A DNA stretch of 64,000 bases, taken from Allopontixanthobacter sp. (GTDB taxonomy: Bacteria > Pseudomonadota > Alphaproteobacteria > Sphingomonadales > Sphingomonadaceae). The translations under genes were made by a program, and so were the position numbers. Of the stretch, positions 34,134 to 44,309 are shown in pieces. The DNA is taken from positions 8,820-72,819 of the forward strand of contig JBFEKH010000003.1 of assembly GCA_041552775.1 (NCBI GenBank), read 5' to 3'. The notes below the pieces were generated by a model. The model was not told where the DNA came from. It did no database searches and saw only the letters and a list, made by a program, of their open reading frames with translations. Numbering within the stretch: the stretch's first letter is position 1; every line of letters begins with the position of its first letter.

Positions 34134-35441
34134 TCAAAATGTAAGCGGCAGAATTCGCTGCGCCAATAATTCGAAATCGAAATGGGAGACCGCAGCCTCG
34201 GTGTTGTTCCAGCTCATCGCCAGTACGTACCAGCGCTCTGCCTTATCCTGCAGCAGCCAGGTGAGGTTGAGCACTCCCGGTTCCGAACCGCCCTTGTATC
34301 CGGTATATCGCCATTCATCGCGCCGCGCCTTGGGCAGTGCTGTATTGATCGACATGATCTGCCGCGCGGTCGGATCGGGCATATCCGCCAGAGTCCGCAT
34401 CAATTTGCGCAAATCGTCACCGCTAGCGAACCATTCCACTGTATCGATCGCGGTCGGTTCGGTGAAACGGGGAGGGGTAATCAGCTTGGGGTCGCCGCCG
34501 CTATCATCTTCGAAGTCATCAAGGATGCGGCGCTGGCCTACCTCGCTCGCGGCTTCGTACTTGCGTAGATTGTCCTCGCTACCCTTGAGAGCAAACATCT
34601 GGAGCGTGCTGAGGAATGGCAGCGTCCTGTCTGGATCGGCATGGCCGCTGCCGATCAATTCTGCTTCCACAGCATCCACACCGACTTCGTGAAGCAGTAC
34701 ATCGGTCGCGGTATTGTCGCTGATCGAGATCATCATCGAGGCCAGCGAGTGCAATGTCACTGGCGAACCTTCAGGCCAATTTTGCATTTGACCGCTTGGA
34801 AGCGATTTGCGGTCGAGCGACGCCACATCACTCCAATTGCGCTCTCCATTGGCAATCGATCGGGCGAGCGCAGCAAGGATGTACAGTTTAAAGGTCGAAC
34901 CGATTGCCATTTGTCGGTCTGAATTGATCGCGAAGGTAGGCGGCGCGGCGGCATCCAGCGGCGCGTAGAGCACACTCACGACGCCGGGTAATGCGGCAAT
35001 GTTGGCGCGGATGGTGTCCACATCATCATTCACGGGCTGATAATCATTCAGCAAGAGTCCGACGACGAGCCGCGGATCACCTTCACCAATTGTCATCAGG
35101 CCTCGCACAATCATCCGGTCGAAGCGAAGGGCAATCACCGCCGAATCCGGGCCGGTTTGCTCGACACCTTCGAGCGCTTGCAGCGCGCCGAATTGCCCTT
35201 CCATCTGGGCGGTCAGCGCCCGCAGCTGCGCTTCCGGTACCGCCGCAAGAAAGGCCTCTGCAAAAACTTCGTTCGCCGCAGCCTCGCCCCGCAGGACCGC
35301 AGCGACATCCGCGGCGCGGCGCTCAATGATGTTTACTGCCACCGGTTCCTGAATATCCTGAGCCATCGCTGGGCCGGCCGGTAACATCGCCGCGCCGCAC
35401 AATGCACCGCACAGGGCAGCCTTCACAAGCATGTGCCGCAT
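34134..35441 (-). CDS. secreted serine hydrolase, class A beta-lactamase-related
   Basis: There is a signal peptide ending in AMA-QD. The SxxK motif is STFK and the SDN motif is present (ISISDNTATD). Confidence 0.8.
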   Translation of the reverse strand: MRHMLVKAALCGALCGAAMLPAGPAMAQDIQEPVAVNIIERRAADVAAVLRGEAAANEVFAEAFLAAVPEAQLRALTAQMEGQFGALQALEGVEQTGPDSAVIALRFDRMIVRGLMTIGEGDPRLVVGLLLNDYQPVNDDVDTIRANIAALPGVVSVLYAPLDAAAPPTFAINSDRQMAIGSTFKLYILAALARSIANGERNWSDVASLDRKSLPSGQMQNWPEGSPVTLHSLASMMISISDNTATDVLLHEVGVDAVEAELIGSGHADPDRTLPFLSTLQMFALKGSEDNLRKYEAASEVGQRRILDDFEDDSGGDPKLITPPRFTEPTAIDTVEWFASGDDLRKLMRTLADMPDPTARQIMSINTALPKARRDEWRYTGYKGGSEPGVLNLTWLLQDKAERWYVLAMSWNNTEAAVSHFDFELLAQRILPLTF

Positions 35442-35458
35442 TGTCTGGTCCCCCTGAA

Positions 35459-35482
35459 TTTCCTGCTGAAACTATAGCAGGA
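35459..35482 (-). terminator. candidate hairpin after parE (weak U-tract)
   Basis: The stem is TTCCTGCT-N8-AGCAGGAA, located between the parE stop and the next gene start. Confidence 0.3.
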
Positions 35483-35487
35483 AGTCG

Positions 35488-37479
35488 TCAGGCATCAATC
35501 ATGTCGCGGTCGAGTTCACCGGCGCGGTTCTGGATAAAATTGAAGCGATGTTCCGGATTGCGGCCCATTAGCTGGTCGACCAGTTCCTTCACCGCCGCGC
35601 GCTGCTCGAATTCAGGCGGCAGGGTGATCCGGATCAGGTTGCGCGTGGCCGGGTCCATGGTGGTTTCGCGCAATTGCTGCGGGTTCATTTCGCCAAGGCC
35701 CTTGAAGCGGCCCACTTCGACATTCTTGCCCTTGAATACCGTTGCCTCCAATTCGGCGCGGTGCGCGTCGTCACGGGCGTAGCGGCTCTCCTTGCCGGCG
35801 GTCAGGCGGTAGAGCGGCGGCTGGGCGAGGTAGAGGTGCCCCTTGCGGACGATGTCGGGCATTTCCTGGAAGAAGAACGTCATCAACAGCGTGGCAATGT
35901 GCGCGCCGTCGACATCGGCATCGGTCATGATCACGATCCGGTCGTAACGCAGATTATCCGCGTCACAATCCTTGCGGGTTCCGCAACCCATCGCCAGCGA
36001 CAGATCGGCGATTTCATTATTGGCGCGGATCTTGTCCAAAGTAGCGCTGGCGACATTGAGGATCTTGCCGCGGATCGGCAGGATGGCCTGCGTCTTGCGG
36101 TTACGAGCCTGTTTTGCGCTGCCGCCAGCCGAATCGCCTTCGACAATGAACAGTTCCGTTTCGCCCTTGCCGTCACCCGAACAATCGGTGAGCTTGCCGG
36201 GCAGGCGCAGCTTCTTTGAATTGGTCGCGGTCTTGCGCTTGATGTCGCGCTCCTGCTTGCGGCGCAGGCGCTCGTCCATCCGCTCCATCACTTCGCCGAG
36301 CAGCGCCTTGCCCCGTTCCATATTGTCGGACAGGAAATGATCGAAATGATCGCGCATCGCGTTTTCAACCAGACGCGCTGCTTCCGGGCTGGTCAGGCGG
36401 TCCTTGGTCTGGCTCTGGAATTGCGGATCGCGGATGAATACCGAGAGCATCATTTCGCCGCCAGTCATCACGTCATCGGCGGTGATGTCCTTGGCTTTCT
36501 TCTGGCCGATCAATTCGCCAAATGCACGCAGTCCCTTGGTCAGAGCTCCGCGCAAACCCTGTTCATGCGTCCCGCCATCGGGGGTTGGTACCGTGTTGCA
36601 GTACCAGCTGAACGAGCCGTCTGAATAAAGCGGCCATGCAATCGCCCATTCAGCGCGGCCCATGATGTCGCCCGCTTCGTTTGCCGGAAATTCCTGGCTA
36701 CCGACAAAGGGCTGGGCAGTGACGCATTCGCGTTCACCGACTTGCTCGGCCAGATGATCTGCCAGCCCGCCCGGGAATTTGAAGGTCGCTTCCGCCGGGA
36801 CATCTTCGCTGACCAGCGAAGCCGCGCATTTCCAGCGGATTTCCACCCCGGCAAACAGATATGCCTTTGACCGGGCAAGCTTGAACAACCGGATCGGCCT
36901 GAATTGCCGGTCCCCGAAAATCTCCGTGTCCGGGGTAAAGCTGACGGTGGTGCCGCGCCGGTTCGGCGTTGGTCCGAGTTTCTCGATCGGCCCTAGGGTC
37001 AGCCCGCGGGCGAAATTCTGGGCATAGAGCTGACGGTCCCGCGCAACCTCCACCCGCGTATCGGATGACAGGGCATTGACGACGCTGACCCCAACGCCGT
37101 GCAGACCGCCGCTGGTGGCATACGCTTTGCCGGAAAACTTGCCGCCGGAGTGCAGGGTCGAAAGGATAACTTCAAGCGTCGATTTGCCGGGATATTTGGG
37201 ATGTTCCTCAACCGGGATGCCGCGGCCATTGTCCGACACGCTCAGCCGGTTGCCTTCTTCCAGCGAGACCTCGATCCGGGTGGCATGCCCGGCAACAGCT
37301 TCGTCCATCGCATTGTCGATGACTTCGGCGGCGAGGTGATGCAGCGCACGGTCATCGGTTCCGCCGATATACATGCCTGGGCGGCGCCGGACGGGTTCCA
37401 GCCCCTCCAGCACCTCGATCGAAGATGCGTTGTAATCGCCGCTCGACGCGGGCGTACCGTCAAAAAGATCGTCGTTCAT
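35488..37479 (-). CDS. parE: DNA topoisomerase IV subunit B
   Basis: 663 aa. It has GHKL and TOPRIM motifs (LEGLEPVRRRPGMYIGG, EGDSAGGSAK, PLRGKILNV). The length fits ParE rather than GyrB. Confidence 0.93.
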   Translation of the reverse strand: MNDDLFDGTPASSGDYNASSIEVLEGLEPVRRRPGMYIGGTDDRALHHLAAEVIDNAMDEAVAGHATRIEVSLEEGNRLSVSDNGRGIPVEEHPKYPGKSTLEVILSTLHSGGKFSGKAYATSGGLHGVGVSVVNALSSDTRVEVARDRQLYAQNFARGLTLGPIEKLGPTPNRRGTTVSFTPDTEIFGDRQFRPIRLFKLARSKAYLFAGVEIRWKCAASLVSEDVPAEATFKFPGGLADHLAEQVGERECVTAQPFVGSQEFPANEAGDIMGRAEWAIAWPLYSDGSFSWYCNTVPTPDGGTHEQGLRGALTKGLRAFGELIGQKKAKDITADDVMTGGEMMLSVFIRDPQFQSQTKDRLTSPEAARLVENAMRDHFDHFLSDNMERGKALLGEVMERMDERLRRKQERDIKRKTATNSKKLRLPGKLTDCSGDGKGETELFIVEGDSAGGSAKQARNRKTQAILPIRGKILNVASATLDKIRANNEIADLSLAMGCGTRKDCDADNLRYDRIVIMTDADVDGAHIATLLMTFFFQEMPDIVRKGHLYLAQPPLYRLTAGKESRYARDDAHRAELEATVFKGKNVEVGRFKGLGEMNPQQLRETTMDPATRNLIRITLPPEFEQRAAVKELVDQLMGRNPEHRFNFIQNRAGELDRDMIDA

Positions 37480-37561
37480 GGATCAGGCTATAAGCGCGGG
37501 TTTCGCCGGGCGACAAGCAGCGTTCCCGGTTTATCTTCAGTCCCGCAGAAAGTGATGCATT

Positions 37562-38728
37562 TCAGTTGCCGAATGTAGTCGGTGCAGGTGAGACGATCAC
37601 GATCTGTCCGTCACGCACTTCGCGCACTTCCATTGCCCGCTCAACCACGCCGGAGCGGTTGAACCGGAAAGGTCCGTCCAGACCGAGGAAACCTCCGGAA
37701 TCGCGCAGTGCGGAAATCGGGAAACTGCGTCCCACCTTCCAGTTGGATGCGACGTTGAGGGTCAGCAGGACACTGTCATAGCCCAGCGTTGCGATACGGT
37801 ATGGCTGCTTGCCGAAGCGGGTCAGGTAGCTTTCGGAAAAGCGCTTGAAGCGCGCATCCGATACCGCTGCGAACAGCGAACCGCGCAGGGCGGAAGTACG
37901 CGTCAGGCCAGCCTCGCCGCTCCACAATTCCGTGCCCAGCAGCAATTCACTGCCCTTGCCGCCGGGCTTGAGTTCACCCGCGGCAAGCGCTGCCAGCCGC
38001 GCGCCATCGGCGATCAGGACGGTGTCATATCCACCGCGCTGCTTCAGCCGCTGGGCTGCGCTGACGATGGAGGTGTTGCCGCGCGCATAACGCTCGGTTG
38101 CGACCAGTTTGCCGCCATTGGCCGAAACCGCGCCGCTCAGCGCAGCCTCCGCACGCTGACCATATTCACCGTCGGGCACGATCGCCGCGAAATTGCTTCG
38201 GCCCTTCTGGCGAGCATAATCAACCACGCGGGTGACTGCCTGACCCGGTATATGACCCATCACGAACACATCGGCTGCCGCAACGCTCGTATCGTTGGAG
38301 AAGGAGATCAACGGAACTCGCGCCGGCCGTGCCTCGGCCAGCACCGCTGACACATTATCCGCCAGCATGGGGCCGAGAATCAACTTGTTGCCTTCTGCAA
38401 TCGCCCGTGCGGCTGCGCTGCGGGCACCGGTGGCAGTGTCATAAGTGGTGATCCGCAGATTATCGGCGTTGGTGTCCAGCAGGGCCATGGTGGCGGCATT
38501 TGCGATGGAAGTGCCAACTGCACCATTCTCGCCGCTCATCGGCACCAGCAAAGCAACGCGGTGGCGGGTTTCGTCGGTTGGCAGCGCGGTCTCACTGGGC
38601 ATCGGGGTCGGTCCGTCAGCGGGGCCGGTGGTCGGCGCAGTTGTCTTCGGAACAATCTGGCAGCCCGCCAGAAACACGGTCGCTGCCGTGACGATCAGTG
38701 CGCGCCGATCTAGTTTGATGCGCTTCAT
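37562..38728 (-). CDS. penicillin-binding protein activator LpoA-like / periplasmic-binding-fold lipoprotein
   Basis: The lipobox is VFLAGC and the fold is type-I PBP-like. It is divergent from rsmI, with yraN downstream of rsmI, resembling the E. coli rsmI/lpoA-yraN neighbourhood. Confidence 0.75.
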   Translation of the reverse strand: MKRIKLDRRALIVTAATVFLAGCQIVPKTTAPTTGPADGPTPMPSETALPTDETRHRVALLVPMSGENGAVGTSIANAATMALLDTNADNLRITTYDTATGARSAAARAIAEGNKLILGPMLADNVSAVLAEARPARVPLISFSNDTSVAAADVFVMGHIPGQAVTRVVDYARQKGRSNFAAIVPDGEYGQRAEAALSGAVSANGGKLVATERYARGNTSIVSAAQRLKQRGGYDTVLIADGARLAALAAGELKPGGKGSELLLGTELWSGEAGLTRTSALRGSLFAAVSDARFKRFSESYLTRFGKQPYRIATLGYDSVLLTLNVASNWKVGRSFPISALRDSGGFLGLDGPFRFNRSGVVERAMEVREVRDGQIVIVSPAPTTFGN

Positions 38729-38755
38729 GCTTGCCGCTCCCTGCTATGCTGGTCC

Positions 38756-39616
38756 ATGAGTGCCCGCGTGAACAGCGAACCTCAAACAGAATCCTTATCA
38801 GCCGGGCTCTATATAGTGGCAACCCCGATTGGCAATCTTGCAGACATAACAATGCGGGCAGTCGATGTTCTGACGCGGTGTGACGGGATTGCCTGCGAAG
38901 ATACGCGGGTTACCGGAAAATTGCTCAAGCATCTGGGTATCAGCAAACCGCTATGGCGATATAACGATCACAGCGAGGCACGCGACCGGTCCAGACTGAT
39001 CGAGAGAATGCATTCTGAGGCAGTAGTTCTGGTCAGCGATGCCGGGACGCCGCTGATCTCCGATCCGGGGTTTCGACTGATCCGTGACGCGCGTGAAACG
39101 GGCATTACAATCACCAGTTTGCCGGGTGCCTGCGCACTGATTACCGGGCTGACGCTGTCGGGCCTGCCCAACGACAGGTTTCTTTTTGCGGGTTTTTTGC
39201 CGACCAAAGACAAGGCGCGGCGCGATACATTGTCCGAAGCGGCGGCAGTTACAGCAACGCTGATCTTTTACGAAACCGGACCGAGACTGGTGAAATCTCT
39301 CGCCGCGATCGAGGAAATCATGCCTGGCCGCGAAGTTTCCGTTGCGCGTGAATTGACCAAATTGTTCGAGGAATGCCGCACCGGCAAGCCAGACGAACTG
39401 GCTGCACATTACACCGCGCACCCGCCAAAAGGCGAAATCGTGCTGCTGATTGCCCCACCGAATGAGGAAAGTTTCGGTGCGGAAGATGCCGACGCAATGT
39501 TGGTCGAAGCACTCAAGACGATGAAGGCCAGTCAGGCAGTTGCCCAAGTCTCGCGCACGACCGGTCTGGACCGCAAGGCACTGTATGCGCGCGCAATGGA
39601 ACTGCGCGGAAATTGA
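38756..39616 (+). CDS. rsmI: 16S rRNA (cytidine1402-2'-O)-methyltransferase
   Basis: 286 aa. The segment [20 protein letters not shown] is the tetrapyrrole-methylase-fold signature of RsmI. Confidence 0.95.
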   Translation: MSARVNSEPQTESLSAGLYIVATPIGNLADITMRAVDVLTRCDGIACEDTRVTGKLLKHLGISKPLWRYNDHSEARDRSRLIERMHSEAVVLVSDAGTPLISDPGFRLIRDARETGITITSLPGACALITGLTLSGLPNDRFLFAGFLPTKDKARRDTLSEAAAVTATLIFYETGPRLVKSLAAIEEIMPGREVSVARELTKLFEECRTGKPDELAAHYTAHPPKGEIVLLIAPPNEESFGAEDADAMLVEALKTMKASQAVAQVSRTTGLDRKALYARAMELRGN

Positions 39617-39963
39617 AACGGCAGGAAGCTGAACGACGCGGGCGGCGCGGCGAAAGCTTTGCCGCATGGTGGTTGCGGCTGCGCGGATGGCGGATAATCG
39701 GGCAGCGGATCAAGACGCCTCGCGGCGAGATTGACCTGATTGCCCGGCGGGGCAGGCTGGTCGCCTTCATCGAAGTGAAGTGGCGCAGCATGCCCAAATA
39801 GCTAGACCAGTCGATCGATGAATATCGTCTGCGCCGGGTGGCCGCGGCGGTGGAAGCGGTTGCTCATAAATTCATGCGCGAGGGTGATATGGCCAGAATT
39901 GACGTGATGCTGCTTGCGCCGCGCCACTTGCCGCGCCACATCACCAACACTTGGCAGCCTTAG
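39613..39963 (+). pseudogene. yraN: YraN family (UPF0102) endonuclease-like gene with an in-frame TAG at 39799-39801
   Basis: The TTG start overlaps the rsmI stop. The sequence reads ..[57 protein letters not shown].. in the same frame. The full length (116 codons) matches the family. Confidence 0.75.
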
Positions 39964-39971
39964 GAGAAGAC

Positions 39972-40916
39972 ATGTCCCTGCGCGTCGCGGTCCAGATGGA
40001 CCCAATTGAAACGATCAAGATTGCCGGGGATTCCAGCTTTGCGCTGATGCTGGCTGGGCAAAAGCGGGGCCACACGATCTGGCATTACGACGTGCGCACA
40101 CTGGCTTGGGAAAACTCGCGGATTACCGCATGGGCCAGTCCGGTAACGGTGCAGGACGTTGCCGGCGATCACTATACCAAGGGCGAATTGCAGAGAATCG
40201 ATCTTGCCAAGGATATCGACGTCATCCTGATGCGGCAGGACCCGCCATTCGACCTCGGCTATATCACCGCCACCCATATCCTTGAGCGGCTTGAGGGGGA
40301 GACGCTGGTGGTCAACGATCCCGCCAGTGTTCGGAACGCGCCCGAAAAGATGTTCGTGCTCGATTATGCCCGCTTCATGCCGCCGACGCTGATTGCCCGA
40401 AAAATGGCCGATGTGCAGGCTTTCCAGAAAGAACATGGCGCGCTGGTGATCAAGCCGCTCCACGGGAACGGCGGCAAGGCCATTTTCAAGGTGGAGGCTG
40501 ACGGCACGAATCTGTCGGCCCTGATCGAGATTTTCAACCAGAACTGGCCCGAACCGCACATGGTCCAGCCGTTCATCCCCGAAGTGGCACTGGGCGACAA
40601 ACGCATTGTGCTGATCGACGGCGAATATACCGGCGCGATCAACCGGAAGCCCGGGGTTGGCGAATTCCGCTCCAATCTGGCGCAAGGCGGTTATGCGGAA
40701 AAGTGCGACCTGACGCCGTGCGAAGAGGAAATCTGCGCGGTCATGGGCCCGGAACTAAAGAAGCGTGGGCTGGTTTTTGTCGGGATAGACGTGATCGGTG
40801 GTAAATGGCTCACCGAAATCAATGTCACGTCGCCCACCGGCATCGTGGCCATCGACAAATTCAACGGCACCGACACTCCGGGGCTGATCTGGGATGCGAT
40901 CGATCGCAGGTTGTAA
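39972..40916 (+). CDS. gshB: glutathione synthetase
   Basis: The ATG at 39972 has AGGAGA upstream. The ATP-grasp motifs GNGG and EINVTSPTG are present. Confidence 0.95.
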   Translation: MSLRVAVQMDPIETIKIAGDSSFALMLAGQKRGHTIWHYDVRTLAWENSRITAWASPVTVQDVAGDHYTKGELQRIDLAKDIDVILMRQDPPFDLGYITATHILERLEGETLVVNDPASVRNAPEKMFVLDYARFMPPTLIARKMADVQAFQKEHGALVIKPLHGNGGKAIFKVEADGTNLSALIEIFNQNWPEPHMVQPFIPEVALGDKRIVLIDGEYTGAINRKPGVGEFRSNLAQGGYAEKCDLTPCEEEICAVMGPELKKRGLVFVGIDVIGGKWLTEINVTSPTGIVAIDKFNGTDTPGLIWDAIDRRL

Positions 40917-40952
40917 TCGGGCCGATCGCACTGCCAAGCGGCAAAAGCTTCA

Positions 40953-41546
40953 ATGCATAATTTCATAATTCAGGCGATCGAGCAGGGCGGCTATTTCGGG
41001 ATCCTCGTCCTGATGGCTCTGGAAAACATCTTTCCGCCCATGCCCTCGGAAGTGATCATGGGGCTGGGAGGCGTATTGGTTGCGCAGGGAAAGATACAGT
41101 TCTGGCCGTTGCTGATCTGCGGGACAATCGGATCGACACTCGGTAATTATGCCTGGTTCTGGGCTGGCGACAAATGGGGATACCAGCGGCTGAGACCCTT
41201 CGTCGGACGGCATGGCCGGTGGCTGACGTTGGAATGGCAGGACGTGGAGCGCGCTACCGCCTTCTTTGTGAAGCGCGGACAATTTACTGTCTTCGTCGCC
41301 CGGTTCCTGCCGATCTTCCGCACCATGATCTCGCTGCCTGCGGGCCTTGCACACATGAACAAGCTGCGATTTCTGCTCTACACATTTTTCGGCGCGGCAC
41401 TGTGGAACGCGTTCCTGATCCAGGCCGGATCGATGCTGGCAGAGGCAGAAAATATCCTGGCTTGGCTCGTCGGAGGAATTATTGTTGTTACGCTAGCTGG
41501 TTATCTTTGGCGGGTCATAAGTTGGAAACCGCGCGCTGAACGCTAA
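40953..41546 (+). CDS. DedA family membrane protein
   Basis: 197 aa. The segments ENIFPPMPSEVIM and RFLPIFRTMISLPAG are present. Confidence 0.88.
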   Translation: MHNFIIQAIEQGGYFGILVLMALENIFPPMPSEVIMGLGGVLVAQGKIQFWPLLICGTIGSTLGNYAWFWAGDKWGYQRLRPFVGRHGRWLTLEWQDVERATAFFVKRGQFTVFVARFLPIFRTMISLPAGLAHMNKLRFLLYTFFGAALWNAFLIQAGSMLAEAENILAWLVGGIIVVTLAGYLWRVISWKPRAER

Positions 41547-42448
41547 TCCCGCTCTCTCGGGTGCGCATCGCGGTAGGTTTCGAGCATCGTGGCTGCATCG
41601 ACCTTGGTGTAAATCTGCGTGCTGCCCAGGCTGGCATGGCCGAGCAATTCCTGAAGGCTCCTGAGATCCGCGCCAGCGCCTAGTAAATGGGTGGCGAAGC
41701 TGTGGCGCAGGGCGTGGGGTGTTGCCGTGGCCGGAAGCCCCAGAACGATCCGCGCCCGGGCCATCGCCTTTTGCACCATCCCCTGGCTGAGCGGACCGCC
41801 CTTTGCACCGCGGAACAGTGGATCATCGCGCTCCATTGGCCACGGATTCAGCGTCACATGGGCAGCAACCGCTTCAGCCACAAGCGGCAGAATCGGCACC
41901 ACGCGCTGCTTTCCGCCCTTGCCTGTAACCGACAGGGTTTGACCCAGCGGCGCGTCACCGGCCTTCAGCGACAATGCCTCTGCAATCCGCAAACCTGCGC
42001 CATAAAGCAGCAGCAATACCGCCCGGTCCCGCGCGCCGATCCAATCTTCTCTGGCGCTGGAAGCCACCATTGCCGCCAGATTAGTTGCCTCGTCCGGGGT
42101 TACAGGGCGGGGCAGGCCCTTCTTGATGCGCGGTCCCCTGATACGCGGGCCATTGGGGGCCGCATACCCGGCCTGGGTTCTGGCGAAAATGATGAACGCC
42201 TTGAGTGCCGACAATTCCCGCGCGGCAGAGGCGTTGCCCAGGCCATCCCTGCGCCGGGCTGCCAGCTGCCCGCGCAAGGCCGCAGCGTCGATCGATGCGA
42301 TGCCGTTCCAATCCTCAAGCGCGGAATTGTCGAGCAGCTTTTTGGCCGCAGAAACATAGGCCCGCACAGTATGCGGGGAACGGCGGCGGCCCAGCGCCAA
42401 ATGACTGCGCCACTCCTCCAGCATCGAGGGAGCCGGCGGGCTGGTCAT
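41543..42448 (-). CDS. xerC: site-specific tyrosine recombinase XerC (C versus D assignment is tentative)
   Basis: 301 aa. The catalytic residues appear in the R..HxxR..Y pattern (HALRHSFATHLL, GHASLGSTQIYT). Confidence 0.8.
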   Translation of the reverse strand: MTSPPAPSMLEEWRSHLALGRRRSPHTVRAYVSAAKKLLDNSALEDWNGIASIDAAALRGQLAARRRDGLGNASAARELSALKAFIIFARTQAGYAAPNGPRIRGPRIKKGLPRPVTPDEATNLAAMVASSAREDWIGARDRAVLLLLYGAGLRIAEALSLKAGDAPLGQTLSVTGKGGKQRVVPILPLVAEAVAAHVTLNPWPMERDDPLFRGAKGGPLSQGMVQKAMARARIVLGLPATATPHALRHSFATHLLGAGADLRSLQELLGHASLGSTQIYTKVDAATMLETYRDAHPRERD

Positions 42449-43596
42449 GCTGCCACCAGATCGCCGTGGACCATTTCACCCAGCAGCGCATCCAGCAGCG
42501 GCATTCCCGCCGGTGTCACGCCAATCCTGTCACCAGCGCGCCATGCCAGCGAGAGGTCGATCAGCAGGCGCAGGCGATCAGCGTCGATCATCCCCTCCGC
42601 TGGTATGCCAAATCGCGCCGACATGGCGCCAAGGTCCACCCCTTCGCCGAGCCGCAGGCCCATCAACAGAGCCTCTGCCGCCAGTTCGCGCTGTCCCAAT
42701 TCGCGCATTTCGGAAATGCCACTGACGGCTGCCTCGAATGCGTTGAGGTAGTTCTCCGGCTTCTTGTGCCGGATGGTCGCCGCACCGTTCCTGCGGCCAT
42801 GGGCACCGGGACCGATCCCGCAGTAATCCTGATACCGCCAATAGGTCAGATTATGGCGGCTTTGTTCACCCGGCCGCGCGTGATTGCTGATTTCATAGGC
42901 GGGAATTCCCGCAGCTTCGGTCATTTCACGTGTGAGGGCGAACAAATCGGCTGCCGGATCATCTTCCAGCGGATCGAACACACCGCGCCGAACGTCGGTG
43001 GCAAATCGGGTGCCCGGTTCAATCGTCAATTGGTAGAGCGACATGTGATCGGTCCCGAAGGTCAAAGCCCGTGAAAGCTCCGTACGCCAGTCCTCCACGC
43101 TCTGGCCCGGCCGCGCGTAGATCAGGTCGAAACTGACGCGGCGGAATTGCTCCTGCGCCACTGAAAGCGAAGCGAGGCCTTCCTCAACCCCGTGCAGGCG
43201 GCCCAGGAATTTCAGCTCCGCATCATCCAGTGCCTGCAAACCTAGCGAAACCCGGTTCACGCCCGCGCTCGCCAGATCGGCAAATTTCGCCGCCTCCACC
43301 GAGGAAGGATTCGCTTCCAGCGTGATCTCGATATCGGGTGCGAAGCCCCACAGCCGCTCCGCCTCGTCCAGCAGCGCACCAACCAGAGACGGGGGCATCA
43401 GGGACGGGGTGCCGCCGCCGAAAAAGATCGACTCCAACGGCTCTCCGCCGGCCAATTCCGCTTCAAACCGCATATCCGCGAGCAGCGCCGCCTGCCACGC
43501 CGCGACATCCACTCCCGCGCGAACATGACTGTTGAAGTCGCAATAGGGGCATTTCTTCACGCAGAAAGGCCAGTGTATATATAATGCGCGTGCCAT
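42445..43596 (-). CDS. hemW: radical SAM family heme chaperone HemW
   Basis: The radical SAM cluster motif is CVKKCPYCDF (CxxxCxxC). The protein is 383 aa. The stop overlaps the xerC ATG. Confidence 0.9.
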   Translation of the reverse strand: MARALYIHWPFCVKKCPYCDFNSHVRAGVDVAAWQAALLADMRFEAELAGGEPLESIFFGGGTPSLMPPSLVGALLDEAERLWGFAPDIEITLEANPSSVEAAKFADLASAGVNRVSLGLQALDDAELKFLGRLHGVEEGLASLSVAQEQFRRVSFDLIYARPGQSVEDWRTELSRALTFGTDHMSLYQLTIEPGTRFATDVRRGVFDPLEDDPAADLFALTREMTEAAGIPAYEISNHARPGEQSRHNLTYWRYQDYCGIGPGAHGRRNGAATIRHKKPENYLNAFEAAVSGISEMRELGQRELAAEALLMGLRLGEGVDLGAMSARFGIPAEGMIDADRLRLLIDLSLAWRAGDRIGVTPAGMPLLDALLGEMVHGDLVAA

Positions 43597-43642
43597 GCTT
43601 CTTTCAGCCCTTGTTAACCCGCCAAAGTCAAGATCTCACACC

Positions 43643-44188
43643 ATGACAACAGGCCGAATGTCCGTATTTCTTGGTGCCGCGATTGCACTTGCCGCCGTGC
43701 TTGCCGCGCCCACGATCGGGGAGGCTCCTGCGCAGGCTGCCGAGCCAAGCAACAGCTTCGCCAAGCGGTTGCTGAGGGCCCACAACCAGGAACGCGTTCA
43801 GGTTGGCGTGGTGCCGCTGCAGTGGGATGCCAAATTGGCTGCAGACGCAAAACAATGGGCCGACCATCTTGCCCAGCGCGGCAGGCTAGAACATGCCAGC
43901 TATGAACAGCGCAACAAGGCGGGAGAAAACCTATGGATGGGCAGCGCCGGATATTACAGCGCTGAGACCATGATTAGCGGCTTCATCGACGAAAAGAAAG
44001 ATTTCCGTCCGGGCAAGTTCCCGAATGTATCCCGCACCGGCAAATGGCAAGATGTTGCCCATTACACCCAGCTGATCTGGCACGATACGCGGCAAGTCGG
44101 CTGTGCAGTTTCACGCGACCAGATCAATGATTTTCTTGTTTGCCGCTATTTCCCGGTCGGCAACTGGATCGGCCAGCAGATTGGCTGA
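43643..44188 (+). CDS. CAP (SCP/PR-1-like) domain secreted protein
   Basis: It has a signal peptide and the motifs HNQERVQVGV, GENLW, HYTQLIWHDTRQVGC and VCRY. Confidence 0.8.
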   Translation: MTTGRMSVFLGAAIALAAVLAAPTIGEAPAQAAEPSNSFAKRLLRAHNQERVQVGVVPLQWDAKLAADAKQWADHLAQRGRLEHASYEQRNKAGENLWMGSAGYYSAETMISGFIDEKKDFRPGKFPNVSRTGKWQDVAHYTQLIWHDTRQVGCAVSRDQINDFLVCRYFPVGNWIGQQIG

Positions 44189-44309
44189 CGAGCCGTGTCG
44201 ATAAACGGCTGACCCGAAAACTGAACCCACCAGTAACCAGCTTTTTGAGGCTAATGTCAGCCAACGCGGCCGACAAGAGTCGCTTGTATCATCGGCTGGG
44301 TCGCACTCT

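Noticed and set aside
41543-42448. The tyrosine recombinase as a marker of an integrated mobile element.
   Set aside because: Its length, motifs and context (overlapping hemW, flanked by dedA, gshB and rsmI housekeeping genes) fit chromosomal XerC/XerD. There is no adjacent tRNA, att-like repeat, phage or IS gene, or compositional shift.
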